32,000 bases of DNA from Caedibacter taeniospiralis. GTDB taxonomy: Bacteria > Pseudomonadota > Gammaproteobacteria > Francisellales > Francisellaceae. Made by a program: the position numbers and the translations under genes. Under the pieces are notes generated by a model. That model was given only the letters and a program-made list of their open reading frames with translations. It had not been told where the DNA came from and searched no databases. Shown here piece after piece: positions 1 through 7,963 of this stretch. The stretch is taken from the NCBI RefSeq assembly GCF_002803295.2, contig NZ_PGGB02000005.1:30059-62058 (forward strand). Direction: 5' to 3'. Numbering within the stretch: the first letter of the stretch is position 1; every line of letters starts with the position of its first letter.

Positions 1-2002
1 TAAGACCTTGAAGAACGGGTCCAATGCTTAAAACATCGGCACTTCTTTGCACCGCTTTATAAGTTGTGTTTCCTGTGTTTAAATCAGGGAAAATGAGGAC
101 AGTTGCTTTACCCGCCACGGAACTACCAGGGGCTTTTTTTCTGGCAACCGATAATGTGGTTGCGGCATCGTATTGCAGTGGTCCATCAATCATAAGTTCA
201 GGCTTGTTTTGTCTGACGAGTGCTGTTGCCGATTTCACTTTATCAACATCGACGCCATGACCTGAGTCGCCTGTGCTATAGCTGATCATGGCAATTTTGG
301 GTTCAATACCGAAAGCTTTGGCAGACTTCGCACTTTGTATGGCAATTTCAGCTAATTGCTCGGCATTTGGATCTGGGTTCACCGCGCAATCACCATAAAC
401 AAGCACCTGATCCTCAAGACACATGAAAAAGACAGAGGAGACGATGGAACATTCGGGTCTCGTTTTAATGATTTTAAGCGCGGGAGAAAGGGTGTGTGCT
501 GTGGTGTTAAGTGCACCTGCCACAAGCCCATCGACGTCATTCATTTGCAACATCATGGTCCCAAGCGTGATATTATCTTCAAGTGCATCAGTGGCCATCA
601 TCTCAGTCATCCCTTTATGCTTACGAATCTCTACCAGCGGCTTAATATATTGGCTTTTAACATCCTCAGGATCAATAATGCTAAGACCATCAGGAATGCT
701 CAAACCATGTTTTTGTGCGATCTCTAGAACCTGATTGCGCTTGGCCAGTAAGATACATTCAGCAATATTGCGCCTGGTGCAGAAAATCGCTGCCTCGATG
801 GTTCGAGGTTCTAAACCTTCAGGCAAAACAATACGTTTCTTCACTTCCATGGCACGCTTAATCAAATAATGGCGAAACGCAGGCGGTGACATTTTTTTAT
901 GCACGGGCATTTTTGTCAGTCTGGCTTCTATTTTATGGATATCAATACATTCAGCGATTGATGATTTTAATAAGTTAAGGCGAGTAATATCGTCTTTGGG
1001 GATGCTGCTGTAGTCAATATCAGCAAGTTTTAGAATGGTGCTCATGCTTTTATTTTCGGTAGTAAAAATGGGCAATGCCATCTGTTTGGCAGCATCCATG
1101 CAGAAATCAATAAGGCGTTCATTTGCCAGAGAATAAGCGGTTAAGATGAGTCCTCCAACTTTAATGCCTTTTTTGGCGGCAAGGGTTGCGCCTAAAATAA
1201 TATCACTGCGATCAGCTGCAGTAATAATCAAGGTCCCTGCTTGAAATTCATCGGCAACGTGATCAATCGTTCTTGAGCACATGGTGACCACTTTTATGCG
1301 TCGACTACGGTCAAAGTCTGGATAAAGTGGCTTAAGATTAAGTCTGTCAGCAACATCGACAATGCGGGGATAGGTTAGCTCATTTTGCCAGTGGGTAACG
1401 CCTAATAAGGATAATTGTTTTGTTTGAAACAAGGATAAGCTGGCAATATCCTCAATCGAAATATGGGGTGCCTGCTCATGTAAAGTTTCATCCAAAAGAC
1501 TAAAGCGGTTATTGCCATTGGTATCAAGGGGCGCGTTGATTTTGGTAATAATGGTCCCAAGCAGCACATCTTGTGGGATCTGCTGCTGATGCAGCTTAAG
1601 CTGAATTTCGAGATCTTTGAGATTCTTATAGCCCTGGCGGGCAATTAAAATAACATTGGCATTAAACGTGTGAATAAGCGTTTTATTAAAGAGATTGATG
1701 TAGGCATTTGACCAGTCAAAAGCATTATGGTTGTGCTCTTTGATAAAGATGCCGTCAATAAGGGTGATGTCAGCGCTTTGGCTAAGTCGATCATAAATGG
1801 TTAATAGATGTTCAAAAAAGTCTTTGACTTTGTTTTGGCGAAAATATTGTTCCATCTCAGCAGCAGGAAGTTCGGCATCAAACAAAGGATTAAATAGTTT
1901 GACGGTATAACCCTGCTGTTCCAGTGCATACTTTAGACCCTGTTTTAAAGAAAACAGCCCAACTCCCTGCCCTGTGGGCAGTAAAACAATTGGTAGACTC
2001 AT
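1..2002 (-). CDS. pta: Phosphate acetyltransferase, long form, 3' end beyond left edge
   Basis: Read on the reverse complement, not in ORF track because it has no stop inside the window. N-terminus MSLPIVLLPTGQGVGLFSLKQGLKYALEQQGY; near window start NTGNTTYKAVQRSADVLSIGPVLQGL, typical of the Pta C-terminus. Directly downstream of ackA. Confidence 0.93.
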   Translation of the reverse strand, partial: MSLPIVLLPTGQGVGLFSLKQGLKYALEQQGYTVKLFNPLFDAELPAAEMEQYFRQNKVKDFFEHLLTIYDRLSQSADITLIDGIFIKEHNHNAFDWSNAYINLFNKTLIHTFNANVILIARQGYKNLKDLEIQLKLHQQQIPQDVLLGTIITKINAPLDTNGNNRFSLLDETLHEQAPHISIEDIASLSLFQTKQLSLLGVTHWQNELTYPRIVDVADRLNLKPLYPDFDRSRRIKVVTMCSRTIDHVADEFQAGTLIITAADRSDIILGATLAAKKGIKVGGLILTAYSLANERLIDFCMDAAKQMALPIFTTENKSMSTILKLADIDYSSIPKDDITRLNLLKSSIAECIDIHKIEARLTKMPVHKKMSPPAFRHYLIKRAMEVKKRIVLPEGLEPRTIEAAIFCTRRNIAECILLAKRNQVLEIAQKHGLSIPDGLSIIDPEDVKSQYIKPLVEIRKHKGMTEMMATDALEDNITLGTMMLQMNDVDGLVAGALNTTAHTLSPALKIIKTRPECSIVSSVFFMCLEDQVLVYGDCAVNPDPNAEQLAEIAIQSAKSAKAFGIEPKIAMISYSTGDSGHGVDVDKVKSATALVRQNKPELMIDGPLQYDAATTLSVARKKAPGSSVAGKATVLIFPDLNTGNTTYKAVQRSADVLSIGPVLQGL

Positions 2003-2019
2003 ATGGACTCCTTGTTTAC

Positions 2020-2217
2020 CTGAGTTAGATACTTTTGCTGAACTACCCCGCCTCGCAGACCTGACCACTTTAAAGTGGTCAGGCAGGCTCGGCACCCCTT
2101 CACAAGTAAAGGGGAATTTTCGATAGCTTGTTGCTAGATTCCCCTTCGTTAGCGAAGGGGTGGACGCGAAGCGGACGGGGTAGTCTTAAAATCAGCAAAA
2201 GTACGTAACTCCAGTTA
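2020..2217. repeat. MITE/REP-like element, copy 1 (short form), between ackA and pta
   Basis: Left end TGAGTTAGATACTTTTGCTGAACTACCCCGCCTCGCAGACC; right end (reverse complement) TAACTGGAGTTACGTACTTTTGCTGATTTTAAGACTACCCCGTCC. Internal palindromes CCTGACCACTTTAAAGTGGTCAGG and CCCCTTCGTTAGCGAAGGGG. Confidence 0.85.
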
Positions 2218-3390
2218 TTTATTTAATAATTCATGGCAGCTTTGAGCGATCATCAGCTCCTCATCAGTTGGTAGAACCATAATGCGTTTGCTGCCTGGTT
2301 TGTGAATTTCGATATACTGCTTTGCATTACTATTACGCGTATCATCGATCATAAAGCTGAGAGCTTCAAGCTTATCAATCACTTTCTGGCGCACCATAGC
2401 GCTATGTTCACCGATGCCTGCGGTAAATATCAGTCCATCAAAATGTGCAAAGTACATCATATAACTTGCGATATACTGGGCAATACGATGGCTAAATATC
2501 TCCAGAGCTAAAATGGCTTTGGCATTATTCTGGCTGATGGCGTGTTCAATATCACGCATATCACTTAAGCCGCATATTCCCAAAAGACCGCTTTGTTTGT
2601 TTAATAGCTGATTGATTTGGTCAATGTCCATATCTATGGTTTGTTTAAGATAGCCAAAAACGCCAGGGTCAATAGCACCAGAGCGCGTGCCCATAACCAG
2701 GCCGTCAAGCGGGGTAAACCCCATGCTGGTGTCAATGCTTTTGCCCTCTTTAATTGCAGTGATACTGCAGCCATTGCCCAAATGAGCACAGATGAAATTA
2801 CCCTGAGCAAGTCTAAGATAATGTGCTGCAGTTTGTGCTATGTACTGGTGACTAATGCCATGAAAGCCGTATTTTCTAAGCTTAAGCTCCTCATAAAGGT
2901 TTTGCGGAATAGCATAGCGGTATATGTGCTCAGGTATGCTTTGATGAAAAGCCGTATCAAATACGGCAACCTGTTGGATATTACCAAAATGCTGATTACA
3001 AAATTCAATTCCCTGAAGATTGGCAGGGTTATGTAAAGGTGCCAGTGGAATCAGGGCGCGAATCTTATCAAGAACATCCTGATCAATCATTACAGCTTTA
3101 TTGAAATAGTGCCCTCCATGAACCACGCGGTGACCAATGCAGCTGATACATTCAAGAAACTGGTGTTCCTTTAGTGTTGCAATAATCAGTAGAAAGGCAG
3201 ATTGATAACTTAATTTCACATGAGCCTGCTGTTGTTTGGCATTGATCTTAAAAGAAAAATTGCCACCAGACTGGTTAATTTTATCCGCTATGCCAGATAA
3301 AGTGGCTGTGGTTTTCCCACGTTCGAATACAGCGAACTTAATTGATGAACTGCCACAGTTAAAAACCAGATAATATGTGCCACAAGCCAT
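2215..3390 (-). CDS. ackA: Acetate kinase
   Basis: ORF 2215..3468; start placed at the internal Met giving MACGTYYLVFNCGSSSIKFAVF (canonical NCGSSSxKF). Other motifs: IGHRVVHGG, CAHLGNGCSITAIKEGKSIDTSMGFTPLDGLVMGTRSG, FTAGIGEHS. Confidence 0.95.
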   Translation of the reverse strand: MACGTYYLVFNCGSSSIKFAVFERGKTTATLSGIADKINQSGGNFSFKINAKQQQAHVKLSYQSAFLLIIATLKEHQFLECISCIGHRVVHGGHYFNKAVMIDQDVLDKIRALIPLAPLHNPANLQGIEFCNQHFGNIQQVAVFDTAFHQSIPEHIYRYAIPQNLYEELKLRKYGFHGISHQYIAQTAAHYLRLAQGNFICAHLGNGCSITAIKEGKSIDTSMGFTPLDGLVMGTRSGAIDPGVFGYLKQTIDMDIDQINQLLNKQSGLLGICGLSDMRDIEHAISQNNAKAILALEIFSHRIAQYIASYMMYFAHFDGLIFTAGIGEHSAMVRQKVIDKLEALSFMIDDTRNSNAKQYIEIHKPGSKRIMVLPTDEELMIAQSCHELLNK

Positions 3391-3522
3391 GAAAGACAAA
3401 AACTCAAAACGGATACGGGCTGTCAATATAGCGCTGGAATTAGTCGTTTGGAAAGTCAAAGTGAACAAAAACTTGAGCTATGTCATAAAGTACAAAAATA
3501 AAGCTGCTTCATATTAGCTTCT

Positions 3523-3528
3523 TATAAT
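3523..3528 (+). promoter_or_regulatory. Possible -10 box (TATAAT) in the ackA/hypA divergent region
   Basis: Exact TATAAT about 50 nt upstream of the hypA ATG; no convincing -35 box seen. Confidence 0.3.
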
Positions 3529-3577
3529 GGGCAGTGGTACGCTTATCAGCATAAAGCAGCCTGGGCATCGATTTAAA

Positions 3578-3934
3578 ATGCACGAATTTTCGTTATGTCA
3601 GCGTGTTATTGGCATTGTGTTAAACAAAGTACGAGAAATGGATCAGGATGCAAAAAAGCTTAGCGCCATTACGCTCTGCATTGGGCAATTGGCAGGTGTT
3701 GATGTCGAATCGATGCAGTTTTGGTTTCCTGTGGCAGCAAAAAACACCTCTCTTTCTGGCGTAGGCTTAAAAATACTGATTGAGTCTGCGCGTGCGCGCT
3801 GTGTGACGTGTAATAACGAGTATGAAGTGGCGCAGTTTTATGCGGCATGCCCACAGTGCCAAAGCTACGAAAAAGATATAATCTGTGGTCAGGAAATGTT
3901 GGTTGATCATATTGAATTTGAAATGAAAAAATAA
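3578..3934 (+). CDS. hypA: Hydrogenase nickel-insertion protein HypA
   Basis: Start MHEFSLCQRVIGIV; zinc-binding CVTC...CPQC; first gene of a hyp cluster. ORF 3527..3934 with start moved to ATG 3578. Confidence 0.88.
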   Translation: MHEFSLCQRVIGIVLNKVREMDQDAKKLSAITLCIGQLAGVDVESMQFWFPVAAKNTSLSGVGLKILIESARARCVTCNNEYEVAQFYAACPQCQSYEKDIICGQEMLVDHIEFEMKK

Positions 3935-3950
3935 TCGGTTAAAGGAGTGA

Positions 3951-4038
3951 GTAGGGTGGATAAGCGTAGCGCATCCACGCGGGGAGGCAGATTGGCTGCG
4001 TGTTGGTGGATGCGCGTTTGGCTTATCCACCCTACTAC
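3951..4038. repeat. REP-like imperfect palindrome between hypA and hypB
   Basis: GTAGGGTGGATAAGCGTAGCGCATCCAC ... GGTGGATGCGCGTTTGGCTTATCCACCCCTAC: complementary arms around a short central spacer. Confidence 0.8.
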
Positions 4039-4101
4039 TAAAAAGAGATGGGCGAAGACATTGTGACTGCCTGAGTTTGAAGTGAAGTAATAGGAGTAAA
4101 T

Positions 4102-4845
4102 ATGTGTACCACATGTGGTTGCCAGGCTGATATGCTCCATAAGCACGATCAGCACTATCATCATCACCACACACATGAGCATGAAGTTAATCGTGTGAAG
4201 TTAGAAGAAGCTATTTTAGCGACGAATGATCAATATGCTAAAGCCAATCGTGAATATCTTAAACGCAGGAATGCGATCGCGTTTAACTTTGTTTCAAGTC
4301 CTGGTTCAGGTAAAACTTCGTTATTGGAGAAAACAATCGCCAGGCTTAAAGGCGAATATCCCATTGTGGTAGTCGAGGGAGATCAACAGACCGAGATTGA
4401 TGCAGCGCGCATTCGTAAGGCGGGGGCTCACGCTTATCAGATCAACACAGGCAAAGCATGTCACCTGGATGCGCATATGGTCGGTCATGCGTATGAACAC
4501 TTACAGATCCACAATGATAGCCTCGTCTTTATTGAAAACGTCGGTAACCTGATATGTCCTGCGATGTTTGATTTAGGGGAGAAGCATCGTGTTGCTATGA
4601 TTTCAGTCACTGAAGGGGATGACAAGCCGTTGAAATATCCAGACATGTTTTATCACGCCGATACCGTTGTGATCAATAAAGTTGATCTTTTGCCCTATGT
4701 TGACTTTGATGTCGCGCGTTGTATCAATAACCTGCGTAAAATTCGCTCGGACATCCGCATTTTTACGCTGTCGGTGAAAACTGAAGAAGGTTTAGGTGAC
4801 TGGTGTGCGTGGCTAAAATCGCTTTTAGCAGCAAAAGCACAATAA
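4102..4845 (+). CDS. hypB: Hydrogenase nickel incorporation GTPase HypB
   Basis: CGC motif and His-rich N-terminus (HKHDQHYHHHHTHEHE); P-loop SPGSGKTSLLEKT; VVEGDQQTEIDAARI; VINKVDLLPYVDFD. Confidence 0.96.
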   Translation: MCTTCGCQADMLHKHDQHYHHHHTHEHEVNRVKLEEAILATNDQYAKANREYLKRRNAIAFNFVSSPGSGKTSLLEKTIARLKGEYPIVVVEGDQQTEIDAARIRKAGAHAYQINTGKACHLDAHMVGHAYEHLQIHNDSLVFIENVGNLICPAMFDLGEKHRVAMISVTEGDDKPLKYPDMFYHADTVVINKVDLLPYVDFDVARCINNLRKIRSDIRIFTLSVKTEEGLGDWCAWLKSLLAAKAQ

Positions 4846-5114
4846 CTAAGTGGAGTTATGTACTTTTGCTGATTTTTAAGACTACCCCGTCAGCCTCACG
4901 CGCAGAGCTTGTGGCGTTCAAAGCTGAAGAAGCAAAACTGTTTACTTCTTTCGGGCGCTTTTCACCCCCTTCGCTAACGAAGGGGAATCTGACGACAAGC
5001 TATCGAAAATTCCCCTTCACTGGTGAAGGGGTGCCGAGTCTGCCTGACCACTCTGGAGTGGTCAGGTTTGCGAGGCGGGGTAGTGCAGCAAAAGCATCGA
5101 ATTCCAGTGATTAA
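4843..5114. repeat. MITE/REP-like element, copy 2 (long form), between hypB and hypF
   Basis: Left end TAACTAAGTGGAGTTATGTACTTTTGCTGATTTTTAAGACTACCCCGTCAGC; right end (reverse complement) TTAATCACTGGAATTCGATGCTTTTGCTGCACTACCCCGCCTCGC. Internal palindrome CCTGACCACTCTGGAGTGGTCAGG at 5043-5066. Confidence 0.88.
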
Positions 5115-5120
5115 ATTTGT

Positions 5121-5184
5121 CACCCCTTCTAAAAGAAGAGCGCGAAAGACTACACAAAGGAACGTTCTTCTTTTAGAAGGGGTG
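5121..5184. repeat. Perfect 19-bp inverted repeat upstream of hypF
   Basis: CACCCCTTCTAAAAGAAGA (5121-5139) and TCTTCTTTTAGAAGGGGTG (5166-5184) are exact reverse complements with a 26-nt spacer. Confidence 0.85.
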
Positions 5185-5210
5185 GCACAACTTCAGCAAG
5201 CTTAGGTGAT

Positions 5211-7544
5211 ATGATGCAAAGCGCAGTAAAAATCATAGTAACTGGGATAGTCCAAGGTGTGGGCTTTAGACCATTTATCTATCGTTTGGCAGCACAGTTT
5301 CATTTATCAGGAAGCGTACAAAACACGCCTTTGGGTGCTGAGATTATTCTATTTTCAAGCCCTGAAATAGCCAGGGATTTTATTGATGTGATGTGTGGTC
5401 AATTGCCGCCATTGGCTAAAATTAAATCATTGGCATGGGTTGAAGTTAAGTGCTTATCCAGTGATCAAACATTCAAAATTCTTCCGAGTGTCCCTGGAGA
5501 AAGTGCAACTGAAATTCCTGCGGATACAGCAATTTGTGTGGCATGTATCGCAGAGATATTTTCGCCAGATAGTCGTTATTATCTTTATCCTTTTACAAGC
5601 TGCACCTCTTGCGGTCCACGTTTTAGCGTGATTACATCCTTACCCTATGACAGGGACGCCACGACGTTTGTCGATTTTCCCTTGTGTGATGCCTGTTTAG
5701 CGGTTTATCAGAATCCTCTGAATCGACGCTATCATGCGCAAACGACCGTGTGTGAAAAGTGTGGTCCAGTTTTCTCAAATACTTTTAAAGCGATGTTACA
5801 GGTTTTACAAAATGGAAAAGTCTTGGCACTTAAAAGCCATAATGGTTTTAGACTCATTGTGAACGCTAAGAATAAAGCGGCAGTTGGGTTATTGCGTGAG
5901 CGTAAAAAAAGACCATATAAACCCTTTGCACTCATGGCATTGAATAGTGCGAGCATTAAGCAATATGTGGAGCTTAATGCCAAAGAAGAAGCGCTTTTAA
6001 ATACAAATGCGCGTCCCATTGTGCTTTTGAACAAAAAACAAAACCATTTACTGCCCGATGCCGTAGCCCCTGGCTTAAACGAGCTTGGATTGATGTTGCC
6101 CGCAACCGGGCTTGATTATTTGCTCTTTTATTACTTGTTAAACGAACCAAAAGGCTTAGATTGGCTGGAAGCTCCTAATGATTGGCTTCTTGTGGTGACC
6201 AGTGCCAATTTTTCAGGAGGCAGCATTATTGCAGATAATGAACAAGCCAGGGAAAAACTCCATAACATCGCCGATTTAATCGTCACCGATAACCGAAAAA
6301 TTGCCATGCAAAGCGATGATAGTGTGATGCGCGTGGTGGCGGGTAAAGAAATGATGATTCGCCGATCTCGTGGTTTTGCACCCCTGTCCATCGAGCTTCC
6401 AGAGCCATTGCCAAATGTATTGGCGACAGGCGCTTTGCTTAAAAACACGTTTTGTTTTATCGGGAATAAAAAAGCCTATTTATCGCAATATATAGGGGAT
6501 ATGGATAGTGCTGAGAGTATCGCGTATTTCAACAAGGCGTTTGTCCATTATCAACGTTTATTTGGGGTGAGCTTTGATGCCCTTGCGTGTGATTTTCACC
6601 CTGATTTATACACCACGCATTTTGCCGAGGACTTTCAATTGCCGCTTTATCAAATCCAGCATCATGAAGCGCATGCTGGAGCAGTTATTGCTGAGCATAA
6701 CTTAAAGGGCGAGGCTTTAGCGCTTATCCTTGATGGTTTTGGTTTAGGTGAAGATGGTGTGGCTCGAGGGGGCGAACTCTATTATTGCGATATGGATCGA
6801 TTGGATTTTGTCCGTTGTGGTGAGCTTGTGCCAATGTGGTATCTGGGTGGAGACAGGGTTCAAAAAGAGCCTTGGAGAATGGCACTTGCCTTGTGTGTAC
6901 AGTTGAAATTGCCTGTGCCTCTGTATCTACTTAAAGATAAACATGCAAAAGATTTATTGACTTTATTGCGTAAGAATCAGGCTGAGATTCCAGTCACAAC
7001 CAGTATGGGGCGTTTGTTTGATGCAGTTTCAAGTCTTATTAATGTTTGTCATTACAATAGCTATGAAGCTGAGGCTGCCATGAAGTTTGAAGCTTTAGCC
7101 AAAGATCCGCAATGCGATGAAAGCCTGTTTGACATTAACAATGGGCAATTAGACTTATCAGCACTGATAGCCTGTATTATCGCGATGCCAGCAAACAGGG
7201 CGAGTGACCTGTTTCATGGAACGCTAGCGTATGCCTTAGCTTTTTGGGTCAATCATGTTGCAAAAGAAAAAGACGTAAAGAAGATTATCTTAAGTGGTGG
7301 CTGTTTTCAAAATAAGATTTTATTAACATGGATACTGAAGTATTTGGCAGCATTTGGTTTAGAAAGTTTTATCCCAGAGCAAATCCCTGCTAATGATGGA
7401 GGTATTAGTTTTGGGCAAGCGTGGATTGCTGCCAGGAAGCTGGAGCTACACACTTTTGCTGTACTACCCCGCCTCGCAGACCTGACCACTCCAGAGTGGT
7501 CAGGCAGGCTCGGCACCCCTTCACAAGTGAAGGGGAATGTTTGA
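5211..7544 (+). CDS. hypF: Carbamoyltransferase HypF (C-terminus formed by a repeat element)
   Basis: N-terminal acylphosphatase-like domain (VTGIVQGVGFRPFIYRLA), zinc-finger segments CVACIAEIFSPDSRYYLYPFTSCTSCGPRFSV and CDACLAVYQNPLNRRYHAQTTVCEKCGP, YrdC-like and Kae1-like domains (HHEAHAGAVIAEH, LSGGCFQNKIL, PANDGGISFGQAW). Start could be 5211 or 5214. Confidence 0.96.
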   Translation: MMQSAVKIIVTGIVQGVGFRPFIYRLAAQFHLSGSVQNTPLGAEIILFSSPEIARDFIDVMCGQLPPLAKIKSLAWVEVKCLSSDQTFKILPSVPGESATEIPADTAICVACIAEIFSPDSRYYLYPFTSCTSCGPRFSVITSLPYDRDATTFVDFPLCDACLAVYQNPLNRRYHAQTTVCEKCGPVFSNTFKAMLQVLQNGKVLALKSHNGFRLIVNAKNKAAVGLLRERKKRPYKPFALMALNSASIKQYVELNAKEEALLNTNARPIVLLNKKQNHLLPDAVAPGLNELGLMLPATGLDYLLFYYLLNEPKGLDWLEAPNDWLLVVTSANFSGGSIIADNEQAREKLHNIADLIVTDNRKIAMQSDDSVMRVVAGKEMMIRRSRGFAPLSIELPEPLPNVLATGALLKNTFCFIGNKKAYLSQYIGDMDSAESIAYFNKAFVHYQRLFGVSFDALACDFHPDLYTTHFAEDFQLPLYQIQHHEAHAGAVIAEHNLKGEALALILDGFGLGEDGVARGGELYYCDMDRLDFVRCGELVPMWYLGGDRVQKEPWRMALALCVQLKLPVPLYLLKDKHAKDLLTLLRKNQAEIPVTTSMGRLFDAVSSLINVCHYNSYEAEAAMKFEALAKDPQCDESLFDINNGQLDLSALIACIIAMPANRASDLFHGTLAYALAFWVNHVAKEKDVKKIILSGGCFQNKILLTWILKYLAAFGLESFIPEQIPANDGGISFGQAWIAARKLELHTFAVLPRLADLTTPEWSGRLGTPSQVKGNV

Positions 7545-7712
7545 AAAGTATATCCCCTAATTCCCCTTCGTTAGCCAAGGGGGCGAAAAGCGCCTTAAAG
7601 GAAGCAAACAGTTTTGCTTCCTTAGCTTTGAGCGCTGTAAGCTCCGCGCGCAGCTGGAGGACAATGCGAAGCGGACGGGGTAGTCTTTAAAATCAGCAAA
7701 AGTTCAATTACA
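7439..7712. repeat. MITE/REP-like element, copy 3 (long form, inverted relative to copy 2), overlapping the hypF 3' end
   Basis: Left end CTGGAGCTACACACTTTTGCTGTACTACCCCGCCTCGCAGACC; right end (reverse complement) ..GAACTTTTGCTGATTTTAAAGACTACCCCGTCC. Palindrome CCTGACCACTCCAGAGTGGTCAGG at 7481-7504. Confidence 0.88.
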
Positions 7713-7729
7713 AACAGAGGAATAAAAGC

Positions 7730-7963
7730 ATGTGTTTAGCTATTCCAGCGCAGATTATAGCGTTTAATGAGGGCAAGCAAGCGCTTGTTAATATAGGTGG
7801 AGTGCGTAAAGAGATTTCACTGGCGCTATTAAAAGAAGACGTGAATATCGACGATTATGTCATCGTTCATGTCGGTTTTGCCTTAAGTAAACTAGATGAA
7901 GCAAAGGCAAGGCAAACCTTGGCAGATTTTGCAACCATGCTGCAAGCTAAGGAGGAAAAATGA
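7730..7963 (+). CDS. hypC: Hydrogenase assembly chaperone HypC/HupF family
   Basis: MCLAIPAQII N-terminus with essential Cys2; 77 aa; overlaps hypD by ATGA. Confidence 0.95.
   Translation: MCLAIPAQIIAFNEGKQALVNIGGVRKEISLALLKEDVNIDDYVIVHVGFALSKLDEAKARQTLADFATMLQAKEEK

Noticed and set aside
356-734. ORFs 356..727 (+) and 423..734 (+)
   Set aside because: Antisense to the well-supported pta reading frame on the minus strand.
2302-3036. ORFs 2302..2511 (+) and 2617..3036 (+)
   Set aside because: Antisense to ackA, no recognisable motifs.
3669-4182. Minus-strand ORFs 3669..3854, 3767..4174 and 3907..4182
   Set aside because: Antisense to hypA/hypB and across the palindromic repeat; low-complexity translation with no family signature.
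3951-5184. Possible CRISPR array from repeated palindromes in the hyp region
   Set aside because: Repeats are few, irregularly spaced, variable in length and separated by genes; no cas genes in the window.
4803-5205. ORFs 4803..5114 and 5023..5205
   Set aside because: They translate repeat copy 2 and its flanking inverted repeat, overlap hypB, and resemble only translations of the other repeat copies.
7307-7690. ORFs 7307..7516 (-) and 7421..7690 (+)
   Set aside because: They run across hypF's 3' end and repeat copy 3; the shared SLPDHSGVVR-type peptide reflects the palindromic element, not a real protein family.
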